A stretch of DNA of 64,000 nt from an uncultured Planctomycetaceae bacterium (GTDB taxonomy: Bacteria; Planctomycetota; Planctomycetia; Pirellulales; PALSA-1355), in the NCBI GenBank assembly GCA_963785305.1, contig CAWAUV010000008.1, positions 480,001-544,000 on the forward strand, read 5' to 3'. A program made the translations under genes and the position numbers. This document shows, piece after piece, positions 21,647 through 32,807 of this stretch (position 1 is its first letter; the number at the start of each line of letters is the position of its first letter). Below the pieces are notes generated by a model. It saw nothing but the letters and a program-made list of their open reading frames with translations. It was not told the DNA's origin and did no database searches.

Positions 21647-22403
21647 CTAGCGCCGCGACCCGCTCGCGAGTTCGCGCCACATCAGGCTGGGCAGCATCCA
21701 GGCGTCGCGGGCATAGCGGCTGGCCAATCGGCGCGGTTCGCTTGCCAGACGGTGCAGCCATTCGAGGCCCACCGCGCGCATCCAACGCGGCGCTCTTCGC
21801 TTTTCGCCGGCGAGAAAGTCGATCGAAGCGCCCGCGCACACGCGCGACGCTGGCCCGAATCCGCTCGCGATGGGCATCGACCCAAAGTTCTTGCTTCGGC
21901 GCGCCAAGACCCAAGATCAACAGATCGGGCCTCGCGCGGTCGATCGCCGCGAGGATTCGCTCGTTTTCGCGAGGATCGTGTTCGAATCCCAGCGGCGGGC
22001 AGTCGTGGCCCACGACCGTGATCTGCCGCCAACGCGAGGTGATATTGCGGCCTGCCCGCTCGGCGACCCCCGGGCCGGCGCCGAGCAAGAACACACGGAG
22101 CCCGCCCACGCGATTGGCCCGTGACAAGAGCGCGGGCACGAGGTCGCTGCCGGCCACGCGTTGTTTCAGCGGCCGTCGCAAGAGTCGCGCGGCCGCCACC
22201 ACCGGCATGCCGTCGGCCAGCACCAGCGACGCATGTTCATAGGCGGTTCGCAGACCCGCGTGATGCTGAAACATCACCACATGATCCAGATTCGGCGTCA
22301 CGACAAAGCGGCAGGTCGGACCCGGATGGCGGGTCCAGGAAAGCACGCGCTCGACCGCCTCGGGCATTCGCAGGGCGTCGATTTCGATTCCAAACAATCG
22401 CAC
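21647..22403 (-). CDS. WecB/TagA/CpsF family glycosyltransferase; frameshift near 21845
   Basis: VVTPNLDH, LADGMPVV, RVAGSDL, LGLGAPKQELW, GASIDFLAG, GLEWLHRL. Confidence 0.92.
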
Positions 22404-23651
22404 CCGCCGCGAAAGCGGGGCGCCGAGCGCCGCGCGACCGGCTCGCCCGCGAGAAGTTTCGCATACAGCGCCGCCATGCGCTGGGCCATCGCCGTGTCGG
22501 AGAAATGGGTCAGTTGGCGACGATGCGCCGATTCACGCAGCCGATTCCAATCGGCTTCGCCATCGAGCAATCGCGAGATCTGGCGCTTCAGGTCTTGCGG
22601 CCGAGCCGGTTCGGCGAGCAGGCCATCGAGACCATCGCGAATGGCTTGCGGAATGCCTTCGACCCTGGTGGCCACGACCGGAGCGCCGGCCGCCATGGCT
22701 TCGAGAGCCACCATCGGCATGCCTTCGCCAAACAGGCTGGGCAACACAAACAAATCCATGCGCCGCAGTTCGGCGGGAACATTGCTCGAAAAGCCGGTCC
22801 AGTCGACGTGATCTTCCAAGCCCAACTGGGCCACGAGTCGATGAACCTCAAGCGCGTAGCCGGGCGTTTCAAAGGCGCCGACAGCCCGCAGGGCAACGTC
22901 ATAACCCTCCCCCACCAGCAGCGCCAGCGCTTCGAGGAGCGATTCAATGCCTTTGCGGGGTCGAAACAGCGCCACGCAGCCCAAAGTCCAGCGGCCCTCG
23001 GGTCGGGCGCGCCGCGGAAGCGGACCGAGCGCCGGGACTCCGTTGGGCGACACGACAATGCGGGCTCGGTCGACGCCTTGCTCGATCGCATAAGGCACGA
23101 GGCTATCCGACACCACCACAACTGCGTCGGCCGCGCGCATCGCCCAGCCTTCGACCGCGGCGTTGATCGCGTCGCGACGTGGATGCGTCGAATCGTGCGC
23201 CGTGGGGCTATGCACATGATGCACCAGCGACGCGCCGGTCCAAGCCGCCGCCAACCTGCCGACGAGCGCGGCCCGCGGCGTGTGGGTGTGAATGATCCGC
23301 GCGCTGCGCGAGCGCGCGCAAGCGGGCCACCGCCGCGGCCGGTCGAATATCGAAGCGGCCAGCCATGTTGTATTGGAATAGCGGGGCCGACCGCGAACCT
23401 CGTTCGGCGGCGAAGCTTCCGGCCTTGAGGCATACGAAGTTCACCTCATAGCCCAGGGGCCTGAGTCCCTGGGCCAGCAGGTCTTGCACTCGCTCGGCGC
23501 CGGCATAGTGTTCGCCATTGATGACATGCAACACGCGCTCCAGCGCGATATCGCTGGCCGCCGCGAGTTCGGCTTGGCTGGGCGTCAGCGGCGCCAGGGC
23601 CGGGGGCGGCATCGTGAGCAAGGAATCGAGAGTGGTGATATTGGTCGACAT
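22404..23651 (-). CDS. Glycosyltransferase family 4; frameshift(s) near 23310; 3' end unclear, possibly fused to WecB
   Basis: VLHVINGEHYAGAERV, HHVHSP, VSPNGV, RKG, DLFVLPSLFGEGMPMVALEAMAAG. Confidence 0.85.
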
Positions 23652-24000
23652 ATAGTGCGGCTGCGCCAGATGGGGGGATCCCTAGCGCAAATCTACGTCG
23701 AAAGCGACCCGTGGTAGCGGCCGATGAGCGAGGAAAACTACGAAAAGACCGCCGCGGCGCCGACAGTGGCCCTTACAATCGGAACCGGACGCGGCGACTC
23801 CGAATTTTCGCGCGGATTGTGCCATCGGCTTGCGGTGCGCCGACGGTCGAGCAACAATCAGCAAATTGGCGGGCGGCGGCCGATCGCGATCGGCATGCCC
23901 CCGCGAAAACGGCGCGATCGATGGCGCCATCCCCAGGGCGCGTTTGTTTGGTTGCTTTTGGTCTGTCTTCCGTTGGGCGAATTTCCCAGGAGCATGCTCG

Positions 24001-24735
24001 ATGCGTTGTTCCACTTGTTTCAATTCGATGTTCCTCGCGATCGTCGCGTGCGCGTGCGCCGGCTTTGGCGCTTTGCGCGGCGTGGCCCAAGAATACAAAA
24101 GCGGCAAGCACTTCCCCGAGCCGAAGGTGATCGATCCGGGCCCGATCGGCGGCCCGCCCTCCGACGCGATCGTGCTCTTCGACGGCACGGACCTTTCGGC
24201 CTGGGACAACGGCTATAAGTGGATCGTGGCCGATGGCGTGGCCGTGGCCCATGAAACGGCGATCGAGACGAAGCAACAGTTCGGCGACTGCCAGTTGCAT
24301 GTCGAATTCGCGGAGCCGGAGTCGGTCTCGGGCGCGGGGCAGGGGCGCGGCAATAGCGGCATCAAGATGATGCTGCGATATGAAATCCAGATTCTCGACT
24401 CGTACAACAACACCACGTATTTCGATGGCCAAGCCGGCTCGATCTACAAGCAGTTTCCGCCGCTGGTCAACGCTTGCCGCAAGCCGGGCGAATGGCAGAC
24501 GTATGACATCGTGTTCGAGACGCCGCTCTTCGACGAAAAGGGCAAAGTCCAGAAGCCGGGCTATGTGACGATCCTGCAAAACGGCGTTGCGGTGCAGAGC
24601 CACACCCAGATTCAAGGCGCGACATCGTTCAAGGAACCCGGCACCTATTTGCCCCATCCGCCCAAGCAGCCGGTTCATTTGCAGTATCACAACAACCCGG
24701 TGCGGTTTCGCAATCTCTGGATTCGCGAAATGTAG
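24001..24735 (+). CDS. DUF1080 / 3-keto-disaccharide hydrolase family protein
   Basis: PPSDAIVLFDGTDL, FGDCQLHVEF, GNSG, YEIQILDS, PGEWQTYDI, LQYHNNPVRFRNLWIREM. Confidence 0.92.
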   Translation: MRCSTCFNSMFLAIVACACAGFGALRGVAQEYKSGKHFPEPKVIDPGPIGGPPSDAIVLFDGTDLSAWDNGYKWIVADGVAVAHETAIETKQQFGDCQLHVEFAEPESVSGAGQGRGNSGIKMMLRYEIQILDSYNNTTYFDGQAGSIYKQFPPLVNACRKPGEWQTYDIVFETPLFDEKGKVQKPGYVTILQNGVAVQSHTQIQGATSFKEPGTYLPHPPKQPVHLQYHNNPVRFRNLWIREM

Positions 24736-24985
24736 GGTCCAGAGTTGCCCGCGAACTTGCCGATGCGGCCCGAATCGGGCGCCGGCCCCAGGGCAGCCGG
24801 GCGCCAGGGCAGCGCCCGCTGGAAGCAAACTTGACAGGCGCCACGATCCGACTACGATGGCGAATTGCGGAGCGGGGCTTCGGGCGCATTGCATGTCTCG
24901 TGGGCGGCGCGCTCCGAGGGCTTCGTCGCGTCTGCCCAGCGCGAAGTTTTTCAACGGACCCACACCGGGTCGAAGGAGCCAATCC

Positions 24986-25339
24986 ATGCCGGCTTTGCGT
25001 CGGTTGCAGATCACCGAGGTCAACGATGTGACCGTGGTGCGATTCGTCGATCGCAAGATTCTCGACGAAGCCAACATCCAGGAGCTGGGTCAAGAACTGT
25101 TTCGGCTGGTGGAAGAAGACAATCGCAAGAAGATTCTGCTGAACTTCTCGATGGTCGAGTTTCTTTCGAGCGCCGCGCTCGGCAAATTGATCACGCTGCA
25201 CAAGAAGGTCAAGCAGCACTCCGGAATGCTGAAGTTGAGCAATATCCGGCCCGAAATCTACGAAGTCTTCGCGATCACCAAGCTCAACAAGCTGTTCGAT
25301 ATCAAGGACGAGGAATCCGACGCTCTGGCGAGCTTCTGA
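24986..25339 (+). CDS. STAS domain anti-sigma factor antagonist
   Basis: LLNFSMVEFLSSAALGKLI and EVFAITKL. RBS aaggag at 24973-24978. Confidence 0.93.
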   Translation: MPALRRLQITEVNDVTVVRFVDRKILDEANIQELGQELFRLVEEDNRKKILLNFSMVEFLSSAALGKLITLHKKVKQHSGMLKLSNIRPEIYEVFAITKLNKLFDIKDEESDALASF

Positions 25340-25391
25340 CGAGCGCCGGCCTCACGCCCCCCACCTCGCGCCCCCGCTTTGGGATCCCCGC

Positions 25392-25825
25392 ATGGCGTTG
25401 GACCCGGTTATCTGGTCGGCCAGGCTGCTCCTGCCTAGCGATGTAAACGCGACTTACCCCGTGCTCGAGGAAGTCGGCGCTCGCATGCGGGAGCGCGACT
25501 GGACGCCCCGCGACATTCATGGCGTGCAGCTCTCGTTGGAAGAGGCGCTGAGCAACGCCATTCGCCATGGAAATCGGCGCGATCGCGCAAAGCATGTTCG
25601 CTTTCAGTGCGAAGTGTCGCGGCGGCATATCCGCGGCTCGTGGCCGACGAAGGCCCCGGCTTTCGCCCCGCCGAAGTGCCCGACGGCGCCGCCGATGAAA
25701 ATCTCGACAAGCCCGGCGGCCGCGGCCTGCTCCTGATGCGCCACTACATGACGCGCGTCGCTTTCAACCGCGCCGGCAACGTGGTGGTGCTGGAAATGGA
25801 GCGCCGCCGGCGGCCGGAGAAGTGA
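25392..25825 (+). CDS. Anti-sigma factor / Ser kinase (RsbW-like HATPase); frameshift near 25635
   Basis: LEEALSNAIRHGN, VADEGPGF, GGRGLLLMRHYM. Confidence 0.88.
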
Positions 25826-25852
25826 GCTGCCCGATCGCGAGCATTGGCGAAC

Positions 25853-27589
25853 CTACGAGGCATGCGTCTGGCTGATCGTGCTCGAGGTCGAGGGGCCAAG
25901 GTCCGCGTTCACCGCCGGCAGTTCCACCACGAACCGGCTGCCGGAGCCGATGCTGCTCTCGAGCGTGATCTGGCCGCCATGCTCCTTCACGATCTTCTGG
26001 CTCACCGGCAGGCCAAGCCCCGTGCCGCGCCCGCCCTTGGTCGAGACGAAGATATTGAAGATCTTTTCCTGGTCCTCCGGCGCAATGCCGCTGCCGTTGT
26101 CCGCGATGCTCACGCGCACCAGCTCGGCGCCGGGCACATATTCCGTGGCGACTTCCACCCGGGCATCGTCGCGCTGCTCGCAGGCGTCGATCGCATTGGC
26201 GCCGATATTCAAGATCGCTCGATGCAGCGCTTCGGGGTCGAAGATCAGCGACGGCATTTTCTCGTCGAGTTGGAGCGTGATCACGACATTCAACTCGCGG
26301 GCCCGCGCTTGCATGAGCTCGACGACTTCGCGGACCACGCGATTCATGTCGCTGGGAACCGGCTCGGGCTCGCGTTCCTTGCTGTAGGTGAGCATATCCA
26401 TGACCAAGCCGGAAATCTTATTCTGATTTCGCTCGACCATATCCCAGCCTTTGCGGACCACGGTTTCGTCGTGGCCCGAGAGGCCCATTTCGATGAGGTA
26501 GCTTCCGCCGCGAATGCCTTGCAAGATGTTTTTGATATGGTGCGAGAGCATGGCGATGGTTTGGCCGATGGCCGCCAGCCGCTCGGCCTGCACCATGGCG
26601 GAATAATACCGCGTGTCTTCCACCGCCAGGGCGGCCTGATGGCCGATGGCGATCATGAGCTTCAGATGATCTTCGTTGAATTTGTTGGCCACGCCCGAGG
26701 CCATCATTTGCTGGGGCGTGGTCGAGGTGTCGATATAGATGATGCCGACCACGTCGTAGCGTCCCTGCATCGGCACGCAGATCGCCTCGCGCACGCCAGC
26801 CCGCATGATGCTCGCCGCCGGGTTCCAGCGTTGATCGTCTCGGGCATCGCTCGTGAGCACGCCTTCGTTGCGCGTGCGCACATAGTCGAGAATCGTCTTG
26901 CTGATCGAAAGCTTTTCTTCCGGATCGATGCCCGCGCGGGTACGGCGCACCTTGGGCGCCAACTCCTTCGTCTCGGCGTCATGGAGCAGAATGCAGCCGC
27001 GGTCGGCCTCGACCCACTCGAAGATCAACTGCAAGATGCGGTTAAGCAGTTGGTCGATATCGAGCGTCTGGCTCACGGCCAGCGCCGTGCGATACATCAC
27101 CTGCAAATTTCGCTGAGCGCCGGCGAGCCAGGGGCTCGAGGCGCCGCCGCTCGAGGCCCCATCGCCCGGCTGGGGATTGAAGAGCTGACTACTCTCCTGA
27201 TGGGTCATGGCCCGCAAAATGCGAGAGCCATCGGCCCCGGCCGCGCGGGGCGGCACGATGGAAATCTGGGCCGAGAGATCGCCAGGCGTTTCGCCTAGGC
27301 CGGTAAAAAGCATCAGGGTGCCGCCGATCTGCACTCGGTCGCCACTGGAGAGATCATGGCTGGCGACGCGGCGGCCGTTGACATAGGTGCCATTCGACGA
27401 GCCGAGATCGGTGAGCGTGAGCACGGGGCCTTCGCGACGCACTTCGGCATGGCGCCGCGAGACCTCGGTGTCGTGAAGCTGGATCGGGTTCGACGAATCG
27501 CGACCGAGGCCCGAGAGGCCTTCTTCCAGTTCGAATTTCGTGCCCTGATCGCGACCTTGAATCACGAACAGGCTGGGGAGCGAGGGCAC
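25853..27589 (-). CDS. FHA-GAF sensor histidine kinase
   Basis: FHA (LGRD, VSRRHA, DLGSSNGTYVNG), GAF (ICVPM...GIIYID), H-box SHHIKNIL, N/G boxes (NAIDA, DNGSGI, GTGLGL). Confidence 0.93.
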   Translation of the reverse strand: MPSLPSLFVIQGRDQGTKFELEEGLSGLGRDSSNPIQLHDTEVSRRHAEVRREGPVLTLTDLGSSNGTYVNGRRVASHDLSSGDRVQIGGTLMLFTGLGETPGDLSAQISIVPPRAAGADGSRILRAMTHQESSQLFNPQPGDGASSGGASSPWLAGAQRNLQVMYRTALAVSQTLDIDQLLNRILQLIFEWVEADRGCILLHDAETKELAPKVRRTRAGIDPEEKLSISKTILDYVRTRNEGVLTSDARDDQRWNPAASIMRAGVREAICVPMQGRYDVVGIIYIDTSTTPQQMMASGVANKFNEDHLKLMIAIGHQAALAVEDTRYYSAMVQAERLAAIGQTIAMLSHHIKNILQGIRGGSYLIEMGLSGHDETVVRKGWDMVERNQNKISGLVMDMLTYSKEREPEPVPSDMNRVVREVVELMQARARELNVVITLQLDEKMPSLIFDPEALHRAILNIGANAIDACEQRDDARVEVATEYVPGAELVRVSIADNGSGIAPEDQEKIFNIFVSTKGGRGTGLGLPVSQKIVKEHGGQITLESSIGSGSRFVVELPAVNADLGPSTSSTISQTHAS

Positions 27590-27725
27590 AGACCGAACTC
27601 CGCGCGTGGCGCCAAGAGGAAACTTCGTCCTGGGGCCGACCGAAAGCGTCGCTTCCGCGCTCGACGTTGCGCCGCGCGCGGCATGGCCCGCGACCTTGGG
27701 GAAACAAGCGCGGAGCTTCCTCCCC

Positions 27726-28130
27726 CTAGGCGCAGCGCCGCAGTGGCGGCTCGGCGGCCCCTTCCAACAACGCCTCGATTTTACGGATCAGCGGCGCGTA
27801 ATGATAGGGTTTGTCCATGAACTGCCAGCCCGGCCGCACATGTCGCATGCGGCGGGCCCCGCCGAGCATCAGCACCGGCGTCTCGCTCGCCTCGGTTTCG
27901 GCGTTAAAGTCCGCCGCCAGCGAGTCGGCCGCGGCGCCGTCGAGCTCCAGATCGAGCACGACGAGGTTCGGGCGATGCCGGCGAAGCATTTCCAAGCCCC
28001 GGTCGGCCCGGTGGGTTTCGAGCACATGCGTCCGCTCGCCTTCCAGGGCGGTTCGCAACACTTCGCGCGTTTCGGCCGATTGGTCCACGATGAGGACAGT
28101 GCGTCTGGGGTGCAAGGAAGGATTCTCCAC
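27726..28130 (-). CDS. Single-domain response regulator (receiver)
   Basis: TVLIVDQ, PNLVVLDLE, FMDKPY. GTG start inferred at 28130. Confidence 0.75.
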   Translation of the reverse strand: MENPSLHPRRTVLIVDQSAETREVLRTALEGERTHVLETHRADRGLEMLRRHRPNLVVLDLELDGAAADSLAADFNAETEASETPVLMLGGARRMRHVRPGWQFMDKPYHYAPLIRKIEALLEGAAEPPLRRCA

Positions 28131-28480
28131 GGTGTCCCTGACGTACGCTGGAATCAGCGGCGCGGCGTTGTCGGTAAGCACAACGTCCCCCAGAAAACGC
28201 GCCGCGTTCCAACATTCTTCAGCCCGGTGGTCGAGTCGCGGGGACATCCGTGTCCACGCGTTTCCATCGCCAGGGGCAGCGTCAAGGCCGGAGAGAATAC
28301 TGATCGGCGGCTTGCGTGTCAAAAGCGAAATTCGCTTGACGTGCCGTGTAATTTTTACAAAGAATGCGTGAGGCGCCTCGCTGCTTGCGCGAGCATCGGC
28401 GAGGCGCCAAGGCCCCCAACTTCGATCTCCAAACGCCGCGTTTCCCTTTCCGGCCCCCAAAAACAACCGCGAGGCTGCTC

Positions 28481-30640
28481 ATGCCGATTTTTCGTCACCC
28501 TCGGACTTCCGCTCCCGAGACTTTCCGGCCCCGGCCGAGGTTTCGGGCGATTCCGGGCGCCGCCCTCTCGAAACTTGGCTTCGCGGCAGCGCTCGCCGGA
28601 AGCTTGGGCCTCGCGCGACTCACCGTGCCAGGCGCCGCAATCGCCGCCGACGTCGCGGACAGCGCGGCGACAACGGCCGCGGCGCCAACGGCCGCGGGGG
28701 CGAACGACCCGGCGGAGGTCGAAATGCGACTCGCCGACGATGCCCGCTATTTGGCGGCCGATGAGCGCGAGGGCCGCGGAGTGGGCACGCAAGGGCTCGA
28801 GGCCGCGGCCGATTTTATCGCCAAGGAGTTCGCCAAGGCCGGACTCAAAACCGATCTGTGGAATGGCGGCCCCTTTCAGAAATTTAACATTACCACCGGC
28901 CAAAGCCTCGGCTCGCCCAACTCGCTCGCGTTTGTCGGCCCCAAGCCCAACTCGGCCACCGACGAACTTCGCTTTGAACTGAGCCTCGAAACCGATTTCA
29001 CCCCGCTGGCGATCGGCGGCTCGGGCACGTTTGATCTGCCGCTCGTGTTCGTCGGCTACGGCATCACGGCAAATAAGGAAGAATACGACGACTACGCGGG
29101 CGTCGATGTCAAAGGCAAGGCGGTGCTTGTGCTTCGCCATGAGCCGCAGCAGGGCAACCCGCACAGCGTGTTCGAGGGAACCGAGCCGTCGCGACATGCC
29201 GCTTTTGCCCGCAAAGCTTCGAATGCCTATGAACATGGCGCCGCCGCCGTGATCTTTTGCTCCGACGAGCACGACCTTAGGAAGTCCGCCGCCAATTGGG
29301 AAAAACGCTGGCGCGCGGCCGTCGACGAGCTCGCCCAACAGCAAGCCAAGCTGAAGGGGCTAGAACACCCGACCGACGAAACACTCCTTCCGCTCCGCGA
29401 CCAGATCGATCACACGGCCGACGACATCCAACGAGCCGCCGCCGCTTGGCGCAACGCGCCTCGCGAAGTGCTCAAGTTCGACGGCGCCGGCAACCAAAGC
29501 TCGGGCCGCGACATGCCGGTGCTCTACTGCGCCCGCCATTTCGCCGAACAGGTGGTCAAGGCCGCGACCGGCGAAGAGCTGGGCGCGATCGAAGCCGGCA
29601 TCGACAAGGACCTCAAGCCTCATAGCCTCGAGCTCGCCGGCTGGCGGGCCACCGGCATCACGAATGTCATGCAGCGGAAGGTCGAGGCCAAGAACGTGGG
29701 CGCGGTGCTCGAGGGCGCGGGGCCGCTGAGCGATGAAACACTCATCATCGGCGCCCATTACGACCACCTCGGATTCGGCGGTAGCGACTCCCGCTCGCCC
29801 GGCTCCAAGGAGATTCACAACGGCGCCGATGACAACGCCTCGGGCGCCGCTTCGCTCATCGAGATCGCCCGGCGTCTGGCGGCTCGGCCCGAAAAGCTGC
29901 CGCGCCGGGTGCTGTTTCTCGCCTTCACGGGCGAGGAAATGGGGCTCTTGGGCAGCGCCCATTATGTGCGCGAGCCGCTCTATCCGCTCGACAAGACGGT
30001 CGCCATGCTCAACATGGACATGGTCGGCCGGCTGACCGATCGGAAGTTGATCGTTTACGGAACCGGCACATCGAGCCAATTCGAGCCGCTGGTCGAACAG
30101 TTCGCCAAGCAGCAAGATTTCAAACTCACCAAACACGCCAGCGGCTTCGGCCCGAGCGATCAGTCGAGTTTCTATGCGGCCCATATTCCGGTGCTGCATT
30201 TCTTCACCGGCAGCCATGCCGACTATCATCTGCCGAGCGATGACTTCGAAAAGCTGAACATTTCCGGCATGCGTGAAATCGAGGAGCTCGTGACGCGAAT
30301 GGCGGTGGCGGTCTGCGAATCGCCCAAGCGACCCGACTATCTCGAAATTCGCCCCGTGGTGCGCGGCGGGGGCGATCGCCCCTACTTCGGCAGCATTCCA
30401 GACTTTGCCCAAGACAAGCCCGGCTATGCGCTCACGGGAGTGGCCAAGGATAGTCCCGCGCAGCGAGCCGGCATTCGCGCGGGCGATGTGATCGTTCGCC
30501 TGGGCGAAAGCCGCATCGGCAATCTCGAGGACTTCGACAGCGCGCTAAGAAAGTTCAAGGCCGGCGAACGCGTGCCGGTCGTGGTGCGCCGCGGCGAGAG
30601 CGAGCAAACCCTGGAGGTCACGCTCGATCCGCCGCGCTGA
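28481..30640 (+). CDS. M28 family aminopeptidase with PA and C-terminal PDZ domains
   Basis: VFVGYGI, IIGAHYDHLG, NGADDNASG, FTGEEMGLLGS, SDQSSF, HADYHLPSD, PYFGSIPD...SPAQRAGIRAGD. Confidence 0.93.
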   Translation: MPIFRHPRTSAPETFRPRPRFRAIPGAALSKLGFAAALAGSLGLARLTVPGAAIAADVADSAATTAAAPTAAGANDPAEVEMRLADDARYLAADEREGRGVGTQGLEAAADFIAKEFAKAGLKTDLWNGGPFQKFNITTGQSLGSPNSLAFVGPKPNSATDELRFELSLETDFTPLAIGGSGTFDLPLVFVGYGITANKEEYDDYAGVDVKGKAVLVLRHEPQQGNPHSVFEGTEPSRHAAFARKASNAYEHGAAAVIFCSDEHDLRKSAANWEKRWRAAVDELAQQQAKLKGLEHPTDETLLPLRDQIDHTADDIQRAAAAWRNAPREVLKFDGAGNQSSGRDMPVLYCARHFAEQVVKAATGEELGAIEAGIDKDLKPHSLELAGWRATGITNVMQRKVEAKNVGAVLEGAGPLSDETLIIGAHYDHLGFGGSDSRSPGSKEIHNGADDNASGAASLIEIARRLAARPEKLPRRVLFLAFTGEEMGLLGSAHYVREPLYPLDKTVAMLNMDMVGRLTDRKLIVYGTGTSSQFEPLVEQFAKQQDFKLTKHASGFGPSDQSSFYAAHIPVLHFFTGSHADYHLPSDDFEKLNISGMREIEELVTRMAVAVCESPKRPDYLEIRPVVRGGGDRPYFGSIPDFAQDKPGYALTGVAKDSPAQRAGIRAGDVIVRLGESRIGNLEDFDSALRKFKAGERVPVVVRRGESEQTLEVTLDPPR

Positions 30641-30656
30641 TCCGCGCCTCGGGCGG

Positions 30657-31538
30657 TCAACCGCGCATTCGGCTCAGCAGCCCTTCGACAATCGGTTGCT
30701 GCGCCGAATATGCCGGCTCAGCGCCTGTCCGGCCAGCGGCCAATCTTCGGCGAGCAGCGCCGTGAGAATCTCCCGATGTTGTTCGGCCATCGCTTCCACG
30801 ACCCGCGCTTCGGGCGCCGCGAAGTCCAGCAGCATTTCGTAATTCGCGCCGTGGCGGGCGAAGAAATCGCTCACATAGCGGTTCTCGGCCCGCTCGACGA
30901 GATAGGCGTGTAGTCGATTGTCGAGCCGCGGCGATTCGCCCGGCGCGGCCGATCGATTGCCGCTGAGCATCGCGCAGCTCGTCGGCGGCCAAGCGTCCTC
31001 GAGCCAATTCCAGGGCCTTGAGCTCCAGGGTCTCGCGAATCGTGAGATACGCGGCCAAGTCGGCGGTGCTTAGCGGCCGCACGCGCCATCCACAGCGCGG
31101 CACATGCTCGAGCAGCCCCGCCCCGGCCAAGCGAGAGAAGGCTTGTCGCATTGCCGTGCGGCCGACGCCAAACCGCTCGCTCGTGGCCTCTTCGCGCAGG
31201 TAACCACTCTCGGCCAGCAGGCTCCGCCGCAAGATATCCTGCATGAGCAGGGGTTCCCAAGTCGGTTGCGCGAAGCCGGCGGCGACATCGGCCATGCTCT
31301 CCTTGGTTCCGTCAGCTCGATGAGCGCCATGGCTCGCCGGCGGGTGCGGACACTGCCGCAACCGGCCATCGGGCTTTTTTTCGAGATAGCGTTCGTCGAT
31401 AAGCTGTGCGACCGCCGCCCGCACCGGCGTGAAGCTCACGCCGTAGCTTCGCGCTAGCGATTCGAGTCGTAGGTCGATCACAGTCTGGGATTGGATTCGT
31501 GATTTCAGATCTTGAGCGATTTGGCGAGCGATAGTCAT
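30657..31538 (-). CDS. GntR family regulator with two wHTH modules and an FCD domain; frameshifts near 30970 and 30700
   Basis: LARSYGVSFTPVRAAV and SERFGVGRTAMRQAF, IRETLE, DNRLH...NRYV...EQHREILTAL. Confidence 0.85.
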   Translation of the reverse strand: MTIARQIAQDLKSRIQSQTVIDLRLESLARSYGVSFTPVRAAVAQLIDERYLEKKPDGRLRQCPHPPASHGAHRADGTKESMADVAAGFAQPTWEPLLMQDILRRSLLAESGYLREEATSERFGVGRTAMRQAFSRLAGAGLLEHVPRCGWRVRPLSTADLAAYLTIRETLELKALELARGRLAADELRDAQRQSIGRAGRIAAARQSTTRLSRRAGREPLCERFLRPPRRELRNAAGLRGARSAGRGSDGRTTSGDSHGAARRRLAAGRTGAEPAYSAQQPIVEGLLSRMRG

Positions 31539-31597
31539 GGTGCAAGGTCGAAGAGCGGGTAACTTACAGCGTCTTTCGACCATTTTTACTTGATTTC

Positions 31598-32701
31598 TCA
31601 TGCGATGTCGAGCACTGGCTCGCCCAAAACTTCGCGTCGCGGTTCGACCCCCAGGCCTGGCGCCCGAGAAGCCGCCATGCGGCCGTGGTCCCGGCTCGGG
31701 GCGCCGTCGGCGATCCGCACCGGGGTATAGCTGTTGAAATCGGTGGAGCTAAACAGCAGGTCCGGCGGAGTGCTGTGGGCCAAATGCGCAATGGCGGCCG
31801 TGACGATATCGCCGCCCCAACTGTCTTCGATCGTCATCGCCAAGCCCAGCGAGGCGCAAAGATCGCGGGCCTGCCGGGCCTTGGTCAGGCCGCCCAATTT
31901 GCTGATCTTGAGGTTCACTGCGTCCATGGCGTGATCCCCGTGCGCGCGGAGCACCATGGCCAGCGAGTCGATCACTTCGTCGAGCACGAAAGGCAAATCG
32001 GTGCGGCGCCGGATCGATAAACATTCCTCATAGCTAGCACATGGCTGTTCGAGGGCAACGTCGATTTCGCGCACTGCCCGCGCCACGCGGGCCGCGTCGT
32101 GCATGCGCCAGCCGGTGTTGGCGTCGGCCACGAGCCGATCACCCGGCTCGAGCACCGCCGCCACGCGCCGAATGCGCTCGATATCTTCCAGTGGATCGCC
32201 GCCGACTTTAAGCTGAAAGCGGCGGTAGCCTTCGCCTCGATAGCGGGCCACGCTCTCGGCCATTGCCTCGGGCGACGCCTGCGAAATGGCGCGATAGAGC
32301 GCGAAATCGTCGCCATAGCGCCCGCCAAGCAAAACACAAACCGGCAGCCCGGCCACTTTGCCCAGAATATCCCAACAAGCCATGTCGATGGCCGACTTCA
32401 CATACGGGTGGCCCAGCAGCGCGGCGTCCATGCGTCGGTTAAGCGCCGCGAGCTCGGTGGGGTCGGCGCCGAGCAGGCGGGGTCCAAGCTCCTGGATTCC
32501 GGCCCGCGCGCCCGCGGCATAGGCGGGCAGGTAGCTTGGCCCCAGCGGACAAACTTCGCCCCAGCCGACAATTTCGCGGTCGGTTTCGATGGCGACGACC
32601 GTCGAATCGAAAACATCGACCGAATTGCCGCCCGACCAGCGATAGCTGCCCTCGCACAGCGGGAGATCGACTTGATAGACCACGATGCGGCGAATTCGCA
32701 T
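31598..32701 (-). CDS. Enolase superfamily (MR/MLE) enzyme, probable cis-3-hydroxy-L-proline dehydratase / 4-hydroxyproline betaine epimerase type
   Basis: [61 protein letters not shown]. Confidence 0.85.
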   Translation of the reverse strand: MRIRRIVVYQVDLPLCEGSYRWSGGNSVDVFDSTVVAIETDREIVGWGEVCPLGPSYLPAYAAGARAGIQELGPRLLGADPTELAALNRRMDAALLGHPYVKSAIDMACWDILGKVAGLPVCVLLGGRYGDDFALYRAISQASPEAMAESVARYRGEGYRRFQLKVGGDPLEDIERIRRVAAVLEPGDRLVADANTGWRMHDAARVARAVREIDVALEQPCASYEECLSIRRRTDLPFVLDEVIDSLAMVLRAHGDHAMDAVNLKISKLGGLTKARQARDLCASLGLAMTIEDSWGGDIVTAAIAHLAHSTPPDLLFSSTDFNSYTPVRIADGAPSRDHGRMAASRAPGLGVEPRREVLGEPVLDIA

Positions 32702-32778
32702 AAATGAGGCTCCTACCTGCGAAAAAGTGGGGCAGTGAATCCGCCATAAAAAAACGCGTTGTTCCGCGGGGCGGAGTC

Positions 32779-32807
32779 TTGCATCGCCAAGCAGAGTATT
32801 TTATATT
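32779..32807 (+). promoter_or_regulatory. Candidate sigma70 promoter in the divergent intergenic region
   Basis: TTGCAT (32779-32784)-N17-TATATT (32802-32807). A short ATTG-N4-CAAT palindrome (32805-32816) overlaps the -10. Confidence 0.45.
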
